Positions 51,801-59,973 of a stretch of 64,000 bases of DNA are shown here, one piece after another (within the stretch, counting starts at the first letter, position 1; each line of letters opens with the position of its first letter). A program made the position numbers and the translations under genes. The notes beneath the pieces are model-generated. The model made no database searches. It was not told the origin of the DNA and saw nothing but the letters and a program-made list of their open reading frames with translations. The DNA is from Opitutia bacterium (GTDB lineage: Bacteria; Verrucomicrobiota; Verrucomicrobiia; Opitutales; Opitutaceae): NCBI GenBank assembly GCA_947478395.1, contig CANJVR010000002.1, positions 96,001-160,000 on the forward strand, read 5' to 3'.

Positions 51801-51906
51801 GGAGAACATCGATCAAAGCGCGTTGAAGAAAATCTTGATCGAGGCCGCGCTGCGCAAAGCGAAGAGTTCGCTGCTGGAAAATTTGGGCGGCTTGTTGGGG
51901 AGGTAA
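48841..51906 (+). CDS. Large AsmA-like envelope protein (hypothetical)
   Basis: Single N-terminal TM, long beta-rich body, C-terminal LRGTGQI..LGGTL followed by amphipathic LLENLGGLLG. Confidence 0.55.
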   Translation: MKPVRRLLFFLAGGATLVLVLVALGFTSAFQTWAARKALSSQPALRASVGRVSAGLGRIELEAVHAESDGAVLTLPALTAELPLWSAAVSHDVAVTKLIAKGWILDLSQAVPASVLPSPAPGAAVPATAKTALAKPAISGPNPAEAVVGATAAAFKGVFAQLRLPVDLSVDGLELEGDVLLPPAPDAPSAKAHIRIVGGGLSVGREGRFTVDLSVALVGANIPVAALTAHATFIAAMDTPRTFTRFEAETSATARGEKFPQGLKLTATFGATRAPLVENYAAVFVLEGKELVAVRAEFPRDGHILSGTWKLNARTTDLAPFSIGRALPEIEAVGQGKFTTDAAFAEIQASGQLDATAAQLAVIKPELAALGTVKVTAEFDLAQQGGALRVDRLTAQFSAARPVAAIKSLQPFAFNATTGELKVADPSRELLALDLQGVPLAWVQPFLKNFKLSGGDLHGELVATANNGGLALRSKGPVTLAAVGLASSQGALLKALDVTLGFSADYTPQGWQAAIAPLSISSGGAQLLTLSAKAGQLTGKDQPIKATGLWSGNLPALLAQPAAGQGKLTQGEASGEFVATLAGKKEIQATLLIKNLVADPKLTKAALPSIAADVRVDVDAAGKINFNAPFLFERGGRKSDLALIGTALPGPTMTVFDVRVVSAVLVVDDLQVLAALAPGGPPAEEAVTKPVVATKDEKPFWAGLSGQFVLGLKKVVYSEKFEVNDVGGTLRLADGALKLTGVRADFGEEGAFKLTGDVTFLPDTREPYALQADVALNNFDSAPLFRALDPARLPAVEGRFNIVTHLVGSGVNVGQLAARTRGEVQLTSKSGLFRGLSADMADSLRQAPSMLSGAVSSVGALLGRRKDKPDDVTEFLDKQGKVVVELADRLKEISYDQINVVANRDEKLNIKLKEFSLISPEVRLRGTGQITYREGVPTLGQPLDLNLQIGARGRLENLMNSVALLDGRQDELGYNSMSEPVYLGGTLENIDQSALKKILIEAALRKAKSSLLENLGGLLGR

Positions 51907-51953
51907 TATCGCTGTGCGCTGGGGGTGAGACCTGTGCAGGGCGATGGCTGATT

Positions 51954-52027
51954 TGGGCGGGTGCGCTCACCCCGCGAATCGTCAATCGGCCAGCGATGTC
52001 CAAGCGGGGTGAGGGCACCCCGCCCAC
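51954..52027. repeat. REP family 2 doublet
   Basis: tgggcgggtgcgctcaccccgc ... gcggggtgagggcaccccgcccac inverted pair. Confidence 0.75.
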
Positions 52028-52094
52028 AGTTGCCATTTGCCGCATCCCATTTTGAAGGTTGGCGCCGAGCCGGCGGCTGGGCCAAGGTCACGAG

Positions 52095-53081
52095 GTGATC
52101 GCTTCCGTCGCGTTTCGGAATTTCAAGGCTCTGCGGAATACCCGGCTGGAGCTCGCTCCCTTCAATCTGGTGATCGGGCCCAACGGCAGCGGAAAAACCA
52201 GCCTGATTCAGGCGTTGTTGCGTTTGCGATCGTTGGCCCGATTGCCGCTCGGCGATCCCGCAGCGCCGACCCTCGCGGCGGGACCGCAGATTGATTTTGC
52301 TTTCGCGCCGCCGCATGAGCGCGTGAGCGCGACGCTGGGTTGTGTGTCGGAGCTGGTGTGCGACCTTCTGCGGGTGCAATCGCCCTCGCCAGAGGCATGG
52401 CTCGCGGTCCAAGCCAAGATTGTTGGCGTGAGAAACTATCTTTTCGACCATAACGCGATGGCGGTGCCCGCCGTGCTGACCGACAGCGCCGAACTTGCCT
52501 CCGATGGGGCGAATCTCGCGGCCGTGCTGGCGCGCCGAAAAGAAACGGCCCCAGCCGAATTTGCGCGACTCGAGGCCGAGGTGCTCCGTCTCCTGCCCGA
52601 ATTTACCGGCATGCTTTTCAACTTTGGGTCAGATGGAAGGGTCGGGCTCGCGTTGGCCTTAGGCGGAGGTGAGCCGCCGGTCGAAGCGGAAAATTTATCG
52701 CAGGGCGTGTTGTATTTGCTGGGCGTCCTGACGCTCGCCTTCGATCCCGCTCCACCTGCAGTGGTGTGCATGGAGGATATCGACCGTGGACTGCATCCGC
52801 GCTTTCTGCGCGAAGTGCGCGACGCGCTTTACCGGCTCAGTTATCCGGCGTCGGCGGGCGAAACGCGTCCGCCGGTCCAGGTAATCGCAACCACCCATTC
52901 GCCGTACCTGTTGGATTTGTTTCGGGATCACCCGGAAGAAATTGTCATCAGCCAAAAGCACGGTCGCGAGGCGAGGTTCGAGCGGCTTTCGGACCGCGCC
53001 GACATTCGCGAATTGCTGCGTGAGGGTTCGCTCGGTGACATGTGGTTTAGTGGCATCCTCGGTGGCGTGCCGGAGGAATGA
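52095..53081 (+). CDS. ABC-type (AAA_21-like) ATPase
   Basis: FRNFKAL, GPNGSGKT Walker A, LSQG signature, VVCMEDIDRGLHP Walker B/D-loop, TTHSP H-loop, C-terminal SLGDMWFSG; GTG start at 52095. Confidence 0.88.
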   Translation: MIASVAFRNFKALRNTRLELAPFNLVIGPNGSGKTSLIQALLRLRSLARLPLGDPAAPTLAAGPQIDFAFAPPHERVSATLGCVSELVCDLLRVQSPSPEAWLAVQAKIVGVRNYLFDHNAMAVPAVLTDSAELASDGANLAAVLARRKETAPAEFARLEAEVLRLLPEFTGMLFNFGSDGRVGLALALGGGEPPVEAENLSQGVLYLLGVLTLAFDPAPPAVVCMEDIDRGLHPRFLREVRDALYRLSYPASAGETRPPVQVIATTHSPYLLDLFRDHPEEIVISQKHGREARFERLSDRADIRELLREGSLGDMWFSGILGGVPEE

Positions 53082-53773
53082 TGAAAATTTCCCTGCTCAG
53101 CGAATCGCCGGCGGATGAAATCGCGCTACGGGTTTTGGTGGGAGGCGTGCTCGGTGGCGCGCCGGTATTTGTTCAGCCCGGACTGCGGGCCCGCGGCTGG
53201 CCTAACGTCGCTCAACTCCTCCCTGCCGTCATTCGCCATCTGCATTTCAACACCGGCGCTCATGTGTTGGTTGTCGTGGTGGATGCGGACGATTCCGCGA
53301 TCCACACGGCCGAACACGACCGTCCGGACTATTTCCATCCCCGATGTCGCATGTGTCAGCTGCGCGCCATTTTTCGCCAGACCGAAAAGAATCTGCCGGC
53401 CGCGCACGGTCGCTCGCATCTGTTACGTGGAGTGGGTATCGCGGTGCCGGCGATCGAGGCTTGGTATCTGTGTGGCGCCGATGCTTCGGTGACCGAGTTT
53501 GCCTGGCTGGATGGGCAGTCGCTCGGCGTTGTGCCCTATACGCGGGCGGATTTGAAGATGCGTACCTATGGGACCGACCGACCCAATTTGCCGCACGAGA
53601 TAAAATGCGCGCTCCAGGCGGTGGCCCGGCACCGCCACGACACCCGCCGGCTCGAAAATGATTTTCCCAACTTCGCTGCGCTCGCCCGCGATTTGCGCAC
53701 GGCTCAAGCCGAAGTGGCACCCGCTCCGTTCGATCAACCGAATGGATCTGAGCGGACGTCTAGGCCGGCTTAA
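53078..53773 (+). CDS. TOPRIM-like (DUF4276/RloB-like) hypothetical protein
   Basis: LLSESPADE (catalytic-type Glu), VVVVDADD (DxD), IEAWYL; overlaps the ATPase stop (ATGA). Confidence 0.65.
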   Translation: MMKISLLSESPADEIALRVLVGGVLGGAPVFVQPGLRARGWPNVAQLLPAVIRHLHFNTGAHVLVVVVDADDSAIHTAEHDRPDYFHPRCRMCQLRAIFRQTEKNLPAAHGRSHLLRGVGIAVPAIEAWYLCGADASVTEFAWLDGQSLGVVPYTRADLKMRTYGTDRPNLPHEIKCALQAVARHRHDTRRLENDFPNFAALARDLRTAQAEVAPAPFDQPNGSERTSRPA

Positions 53774-53870
53774 TTTTTCCGTGCAGTTTTGGGTAGCGGC
53801 AGGCGTCCCTGCCTGCCGGGTTTGGCGTCTTCATTTCGGCAGGCAGGGACGCCCGCCGCTACGTCGTTAG
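53760..53870. mobile_element. Inverted copy of the MITE/REP family 1 element
   Basis: ctaggccggcttaatttttccgtgc...gtagcggcaggcgtccctgcctgccg...cggcaggcagggacgcccgccgctacgtcg. Confidence 0.75.
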
Positions 53871-53947
53871 CACCGATGATTTCTAAATCCTGCTGATAAA
53901 TGTCTTTGAACCCCGCCCGCGGCCCGGACCATAAAAGCCCTGCGTTC

Positions 53948-56173
53948 ATGTCCAACCCCTTCCGTTCCCGGCGCACTTATCTCCCGTACTCGCTGGAAAT
54001 CGTCGCGCGCGCGATCGCGCGCTTGCTGTACCGCGTCAAGGTGCTGGGCCTTGAACACGTTCCCGCGAACGGCGGAGCTCTGATCATTGCGAATCATCTT
54101 TCCTATGTGGACGTCGTTGTGCTGCAGCTGGCCTGTCCGCGGCCGCTGCGCTACCTCGGATTCAAGGGCCTGCGCGCGAATTGGTTCTTCAATTTGGTCT
54201 TTCGCTGGTGCGGGGTGATTGGAGTTTCCGCGCGTAACCCGACCGAGGGCGTGCGCCTCACGGTAAAAGCGCTGCAGGCCGGAGAACTGGTCTGCGTGTT
54301 TCCCGAGGGAAATATTTCGCGCACGGGCCAGTTGATGGCGTTGAAGAAAGGCTTCGAGATCATGGCGCGCCGAGCCGGGGTGCCGGTCGTGCCCGCCGCG
54401 GTCGATGGTCTATGGGGTTCGCTGTTTTCCTTTGCGGGTAACAGGTACATCTGGAAATCGCCCCGCGTGATGCCGACGCCGTGCTGCGTGGCGTTTGGTG
54501 AACCGATTCCACCCGAGCGTGCCGACGTGGCCGCGGCCCGCCGTGCGCTCATGAGCCTCGGCGCCGACGCCTTTGACCAGCGTCCCGTGCTCCGCCGGCA
54601 TTTGGGGCGCGAAGTGTTGCGCGGGTTGGCGCGGCGACCGCGTCACGTCGAAGTGGTGGACCGCACCGGCGAGCGCCGGTCCGTGACGGCAGCTCAACTG
54701 GCGGCGACGACCGCGGTGCTGGCCCGCCGCTGGCGGCGGACAATCGCGGAAAAACGGGTGGGTATCGTGCTGCCGCCCGGGGCGGGTGGGTTCATCGCCA
54801 ACCTCGCCGTGGTGTGCGCCGGCAAGGTGCCCGTTAATTTGAATTTCACGGCGGGTTGTGACGCGGTTGAAGCTAGCATCAGGCAGGCTGGCATTCGAAC
54901 GGTGATCTCGGCCGACGCGATGCGGGCCAAGCTCCCGAATTTCCCGTGGCCCGCGGCGGTGATCGACCTGAAAACCGAAATTACCGCGGCGGGTGGCAAG
55001 CGCGCCATTTTGCCTTGGTTGCTGGCGGTTTGGATTTTGCCGAATCAGATTTTCGCGAACTTGGTGGGCACGCCGAAAGAGGGCGATCGCGAGGAAGCCG
55101 CGCTGCTTTTCACGAGCGGTAGCTCGGGCGAACCGAAAGGGGTGGTTCTCACGCACCGCAATCTCCTCGCGAATTGCGCGCAAATTTCGTCGCTCTCGAT
55201 TCTGCCCAAAAATGCGACGCTGCTCGGCTGCCTGCCGTTGTTTCACTCCTTTGGTTTTACCGTGACGCTTTGGTACCCGCTGCTCTGCGGCTGCCGGCTC
55301 GTATCGGTACCGAGTCCGTTGGAAACCCGGAAAATTATCGACGCGATCCGCGACGAGGAAGTCACGGTGTTGCTCGGCGCGCCGACCTTCGTGCGGCCGA
55401 TTTTGAAAAAAGCCCGGCGGGGCGAGCTCCGAAATCTTAAGTTGGTGGTGACTGGGGCCGAGAAATTGCCGGACGACTTGCACCGCGGGTTTCTCGAAAC
55501 GTTTCACCTCGATATGCTGCAGGGCTACGGCCTGACGGAAACGACGCCGGTGAGCGCGTTAAACCAGCCGCATCCGCCGGTGACGACCGGCACGGCCGAG
55601 GCGCAGATCGGCCGGAAACCCGGAGCGGTGGGAAGATTGTTGCCGGGCATGACGGCACGCATCGTAGATCCGGATTCCGGCGTGGAGCTGGATCTGAGCG
55701 CGACGGGTATGTTGTGTTTGCGCGGGGCCAACGTGTTTCCCGGTTACCTGAATGACGAAAAAAAGACGATGGCCGCATTTCGCGACGGTTGGTTTGTGAC
55801 CGGTGATCTGGCGCGTTTCGATCTCGATGGATTTCTCTACATCGAGGGCCGGCTGTCGCGGTTTTCAAAAATCGGGGGCGAGATGGTGCCGCACGGCACG
55901 GTGGAGCAAAAAATCGCGGAAGTCTTCGCCGCGGATCAAAGCGACGGTTACACGCTCGTGGTGATGGGGGTGCCGGATGCGGCGAAAGGCGAAGCGCTGG
56001 TTCTGCTCTCAACGCTCGACCTTAAAGTTTCGGAGGTCAGGGACCGCTTGTTGGCGGTAGGCGTGGTCGCCTTGTGGATTCCGAAAACCATCCAACGCGT
56101 CGAAAAAATTCCGGTGTTGGGCACGGGGAAACTGGATTTGAACCAGTGCAAGCGGCTCGTTCTGCCGGCGTAG
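53948..56173 (+). CDS. aas: Bifunctional acyltransferase / acyl-ACP synthetase (Aas-like)
   Basis: NHLSYVD and FPEG (PlsC-like); FTSGSSGEPKG, QGYGLTE, TGD, RFSKIGGEMV (AMP-binding). Confidence 0.88.
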   Translation: MSNPFRSRRTYLPYSLEIVARAIARLLYRVKVLGLEHVPANGGALIIANHLSYVDVVVLQLACPRPLRYLGFKGLRANWFFNLVFRWCGVIGVSARNPTEGVRLTVKALQAGELVCVFPEGNISRTGQLMALKKGFEIMARRAGVPVVPAAVDGLWGSLFSFAGNRYIWKSPRVMPTPCCVAFGEPIPPERADVAAARRALMSLGADAFDQRPVLRRHLGREVLRGLARRPRHVEVVDRTGERRSVTAAQLAATTAVLARRWRRTIAEKRVGIVLPPGAGGFIANLAVVCAGKVPVNLNFTAGCDAVEASIRQAGIRTVISADAMRAKLPNFPWPAAVIDLKTEITAAGGKRAILPWLLAVWILPNQIFANLVGTPKEGDREEAALLFTSGSSGEPKGVVLTHRNLLANCAQISSLSILPKNATLLGCLPLFHSFGFTVTLWYPLLCGCRLVSVPSPLETRKIIDAIRDEEVTVLLGAPTFVRPILKKARRGELRNLKLVVTGAEKLPDDLHRGFLETFHLDMLQGYGLTETTPVSALNQPHPPVTTGTAEAQIGRKPGAVGRLLPGMTARIVDPDSGVELDLSATGMLCLRGANVFPGYLNDEKKTMAAFRDGWFVTGDLARFDLDGFLYIEGRLSRFSKIGGEMVPHGTVEQKIAEVFAADQSDGYTLVVMGVPDAAKGEALVLLSTLDLKVSEVRDRLLAVGVVALWIPKTIQRVEKIPVLGTGKLDLNQCKRLVLPA

Positions 56174-56208
56174 CGCGAGCCTTCGCGATAAAACCAAATA
56201 CCGGCAGG

Positions 56209-56420
56209 GAACCGCTAATCGGATTTTCCCGATGGGGAAAATCTTGGATCGGCGGCTCCGGCTGATCGCCTGCGCAGGGAAGGTTTGGTGTCCGCTCATC
56301 ACGGACGATTTCTCCAAGCCGAAATCGACTGGGATCACCAGTCCCAGCCATAGGGACCGGAGGCGATCAGCCGAAGCGGCGGTCGTAGATTCGCCCGTTG
56401 GCGAATCCTATTAGCGGTTC
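56209..56420. other. Highly structured intergenic element (long inverted arms around a multi-hairpin core)
   Basis: gaaccgctaat/attagcggttc ends, cggctgatcgcct/aggcgatcagccg inner stem, five internal hairpins. Confidence 0.75.
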
Positions 56421-56556
56421 ATCCCTCCTGTTCTTTCAGGCGTGGATCGCGTCAGGATCGATCCGCGCTGGGTCGTCGGAGATTAGGTGCCCGTCGTGAT
56501 GCGTTCCCACGGGCAGGGCGATCAAGGCAGGCCGGCGCGCGAAGACGGTGCGGCCC

Positions 56557-57213
56557 CTACATCGCCGCGATCGTGGCGGCGAACGCGGCCTTGTCGGTGG
56601 CTTTGAAGAACGAGGTGCCGGCGACGAACGTGTCGGCGCCTTGCGCGTGACACTCCTGCGCGGTGTCCAGATCGATGCCTCCATCGACTTCGAGGCGAAA
56701 CTTTAGGCCGCGCTCGCGGCGCCACGTTGAGATCTCCGTGAGTTTCGGCAGCATATCGCGGCGAAAAGCCTGACCGCCGAACCCCGGCTGGACCGTCATC
56801 ACGAGCACGAGGTCGACCAGATCGAGCAGGGGGGCAATGGCGCGCGCCGGCGTGCCGGGATTGAGGACGATGCCGCACTGACAGCCGAGGCTGCGAATCC
56901 GCGCGAGCGTGGCGGCGTGGTCGTAGTCCGGCTCAATATGGATGCTGATGTTATTCGCGCCGGCCCGAGCGAACGGCTCGATGTAGTCCTGCGGCCGCGA
57001 AAGCATGAGGTGCGTGTCGAAAAACAATTTCGATCCCGCCCGGCGCAACGCGGCGAGCGTCTCCGGCCCGAAGGAGAGATTCGGCACGAAATGCCCGTCC
57101 ATGATGTCGCAATGCAGCCAGGGCAGTCCGAGGTCTTCCACCACGCTTACGCTGGTCGCGAGATGCGCGTGATCGCCGGCCAAGAGTGAAGGGGAGATGA
57201 GGGGCGAATGCAT
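56557..57213 (-). CDS. rpe: Ribulose-phosphate 3-epimerase
   Basis: HCDIMDGHFVPNLSFG, DTHLM, MTVQPGFGGQ, EVDGGI. Confidence 0.96.
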   Translation of the reverse strand: MHSPLISPSLLAGDHAHLATSVSVVEDLGLPWLHCDIMDGHFVPNLSFGPETLAALRRAGSKLFFDTHLMLSRPQDYIEPFARAGANNISIHIEPDYDHAATLARIRSLGCQCGIVLNPGTPARAIAPLLDLVDLVLVMTVQPGFGGQAFRRDMLPKLTEISTWRRERGLKFRLEVDGGIDLDTAQECHAQGADTFVAGTSFFKATDKAAFAATIAAM

Positions 57214-57279
57214 GGACGACGGGGATGGGATTCCGCGCGGTTCTGAGAATTACAAACTAAAAGAGCCGAGCCTCAATCT

Positions 57280-57798
57280 TCACCACACGTCCAAAACGGT
57301 GTGCGTGAGTTTGTCGGCGAGGGCTTGGGCGAGCAGCGGCATCGCCTGATACTCCGCCTGGATCTGGCCGCCGTCGCTGAAGATGTCGCGCTGAACTTCC
57401 ACGAGGCGATCGGTGAAGAGCGCCCGGCCCGAACCGTCGGTTAACGTAGCTTTGGCGCCCAGCGTGAGGGTGAATTTGCGCGCAAGGCCTGAATCGCCCG
57501 CCCGCTGGGTCGCGACGTCGCGGTGATAGACGGTCAACGCGACGATCAACGTCGCGCTGGTGGCGTCGGCGGAATTCACGAGCGAAACCCGGCTGTCGCG
57601 ATTAAAGGCCGTCCGCAGCTGGGTGCTTAGGAGTTCCTGCGCTTGGGGCACGAGCAGTTTCGTGCCGACAGGCTGAACGTACAGCGTCGTGAACGGTAGC
57701 TTTCCGCCCGTCCCGAGTTGGTAGTGGGCACAGCCCGCGAGCAAGAGGCCCAGCAGGGACAGCAGTCCCAAAACGGAATATCGAACCGCAGATTTCAT
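57280..57798 (-). CDS. lptE: LPS assembly lipoprotein LptE-like
   Basis: Lipobox LAGC followed by AHYQLG; size and C-terminal helix typical; next to bamD. Confidence 0.7.
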   Translation of the reverse strand: MKSAVRYSVLGLLSLLGLLLAGCAHYQLGTGGKLPFTTLYVQPVGTKLLVPQAQELLSTQLRTAFNRDSRVSLVNSADATSATLIVALTVYHRDVATQRAGDSGLARKFTLTLGAKATLTDGSGRALFTDRLVEVQRDIFSDGGQIQAEYQAMPLLAQALADKLTHTVLDVW

Positions 57799-57871
57799 GG
57801 ATTTGACGGATGAATTTTGTCCGTAGTCCAAAAATTCCGGCGGGGCCTACTCAACCTACGAGCGCCTCGGC

Positions 57872-58921
57872 TCAGAATAACCCAAGAAATTTTTTCCGGT
57901 CTTCGGGGGCGACTGTCTTGCCGGCGGCTTTGGCTTCCACGTCGTTCAGGCGCAGACGGGCGCGCTTAGCGACGTCCGAGTCCGGGTAGGCGGTGATCGC
58001 CTCGTTATAAAATACCTTGGCGGCTTTGAAATTATCGCGGCGGTAGAAATAAAAGTCGCCGATTTTGAACTTACTTTCGGCGAGCACGATCTTCATGTTG
58101 TCGAGGCCCTTTGCCGCGGCCGCGATGTTCGCGTCGCTTGGAAATAGGATCATGAAATCCTCGAAATAGGTGACCGCCTCTTTGGTCGAAGCTTGGTCGT
58201 AGTACGGACCCTCGACCAAGCTCGCGTGGGCTTGCGCCAGCTTCAGGTAGGCATCCGGGGCGAGCAGACTCTGCGGGTAATTGTTGATCATGCGATCAAG
58301 AGCGTCGATCGCCTCGGGAATGTCGTGGAGCCGCGCGTGTCCGCGGGCAATGTTCATCAGCGCGAGAGGAGCGTAGTCGCTGTAGGGGGCCGTGAGGAGG
58401 ACGATCTCAAAAAACTCGATCGCTTTCTCGCGATTGCGAAATCCGGGCAGCCAGCCCCAGGTGCGATTGCGAGCGCCATCGAGCAGCGCGCCGGCGATGC
58501 GGTACTGTTCGCCGACAATTTCATTGAAGCGCTTGGTGTTGGGGTAGCGCAGGGTGACGGTCTGATAAGACTCGAACGCCTTGACGTATTGCTTGCGCGT
58601 CAGCTGCAACTTGGCCGCGCGAAAGAGGGCTTCGGGCGCGTAGACGGAATTCGGATAACGCTTGGCTACTTTCTCGTAGCTACTGATCGCCGATCCAGTC
58701 GAACCGCTTTCTTCGGCGGTTCGGGCCTTGTTCATCAGATCGATGGCATTGCGTCCGTCCGTACCGACGAGACCGGAGACCGCGCCTCCTTCGAGGCGCC
58801 AGCCCGTTTGGGCGTTCCACATGAGATCGGCGGCGAGGCGGGCCGGCAGGAAGAGGGATGAAATCGCAAGTACCAGCCCGAGAACAGGGACACGGATGCG
58901 ACGGAGCAAGAGGTTCGGCAT
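57872..58921 (-). CDS. bamD: Outer membrane protein assembly factor BamD-like TPR protein
   Basis: TPR repeats YPNSVYAPEA, YDQASTKEA..F..FP, IGDFYF. Confidence 0.75.
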   Translation of the reverse strand: MPNLLLRRIRVPVLGLVLAISSLFLPARLAADLMWNAQTGWRLEGGAVSGLVGTDGRNAIDLMNKARTAEESGSTGSAISSYEKVAKRYPNSVYAPEALFRAAKLQLTRKQYVKAFESYQTVTLRYPNTKRFNEIVGEQYRIAGALLDGARNRTWGWLPGFRNREKAIEFFEIVLLTAPYSDYAPLALMNIARGHARLHDIPEAIDALDRMINNYPQSLLAPDAYLKLAQAHASLVEGPYYDQASTKEAVTYFEDFMILFPSDANIAAAAKGLDNMKIVLAESKFKIGDFYFYRRDNFKAAKVFYNEAITAYPDSDVAKRARLRLNDVEAKAAGKTVAPEDRKKFLGLF

Positions 58922-58932
58922 GACGGCGTAAA

Positions 58933-59925
58933 TCACCAGCGAATCAGGGCACTCCCGTAGGTCAAGCCCGCCCCAAACGCGACGAGCAGAGTGATGTCAC
59001 CGGCGCGAATTCGGCCGCTGCGCCGCGCTTCATCGAGCGCGATTGGGATCGAAGCGGCGGAAGTATTTCCATAGCGGTCGACGTTCACAAAGAAACGATC
59101 CATGGGGAGCTCAAGATATTGGGCGATAGCCTCGATGATGCGGAGATTGGCCTGATGGGGAATCACGAGCCCAATCTGAGTCGCCGTCAGGCCGTGTTGT
59201 TCCAAAATATCCCGCGCCGATTCCTCCATGGCGCGCACGGCCATTTTGAAGACTTCTTTGCCCTTCATCTTAATAAAATGATCACCGGCGCTCACCGACG
59301 TCCCTGAAGCCGGCTTGCTGCTGCCGCCCGCGGGAATGTAGAGAAGATCCACGCTCTCGCCATACGCGCCGAGCTTTGTACCAATGAGGCCAACGCCGGG
59401 TTGATCGCTCAGGCCGACAACCACCGCGCCCGCGCCGTCACCGAAGAGCACGCAGGTCGTGCGGTCCTGCCAGTCGACGATGGACGAAAGTTTCTCCACG
59501 CCGATCACGAGGGCTTTCCGGTAGCGGCCGGAGGACAACATCGCGCACGCCGTGTCGAAGGCGTAGATAAATCCTGAACACGCGGCGTTGAGATCGAAGC
59601 AGGCCGTCGCTGTGGGCAGACCGAGCTTGTGCTGGATGATGCACGCGGCTGCCGGCATGGGCAGATCGGGCGTGATCGTAGCGACGATCAATAAGTCGAT
59701 GTCTGCCGCGGTGAGTTTGGCATCCTCCAAGGCATTTTTGGCGGCGATGACCGCCATGTCTGAGGTCATCTCGCCTGGTGCGGCGATCCGGCGTTCGCGA
59801 ATTCCGCTACGCGTGTGAATCCACTCGTCGGAGCTGTCGATGGTTTGGGCCAGCTCGGCATTGGAGAGGACGCGGGCGGGCGCGTAAGAACCGGTGCCGA
59901 GGATGACGGTGGAGCGTTGGGACAT
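58933..59925 (-). CDS. fabH: 3-oxoacyl-ACP synthase III
   Basis: [26 protein letters not shown]. Confidence 0.96.
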   Translation of the reverse strand: MSQRSTVILGTGSYAPARVLSNAELAQTIDSSDEWIHTRSGIRERRIAAPGEMTSDMAVIAAKNALEDAKLTAADIDLLIVATITPDLPMPAAACIIQHKLGLPTATACFDLNAACSGFIYAFDTACAMLSSGRYRKALVIGVEKLSSIVDWQDRTTCVLFGDGAGAVVVGLSDQPGVGLIGTKLGAYGESVDLLYIPAGGSSKPASGTSVSAGDHFIKMKGKEVFKMAVRAMEESARDILEQHGLTATQIGLVIPHQANLRIIEAIAQYLELPMDRFFVNVDRYGNTSAASIPIALDEARRSGRIRAGDITLLVAFGAGLTYGSALIRW

Positions 59926-59973
59926 GCGGAGACGCGAAAAGAGGGAGGACGGGGCGGCGGAAGAGCGTCGCAC

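Noticed and set aside
56285..56350. Hammerhead ribozyme in the structured element
   Set aside because: The minus strand has GUGAUGA rather than CUGAUGA, and GAAA is not positioned correctly relative to the stems
25469..57213. tal, tkt and rpe as a pentose-phosphate cluster
   Set aside because: They are 14-15 kb apart in unrelated transcription units
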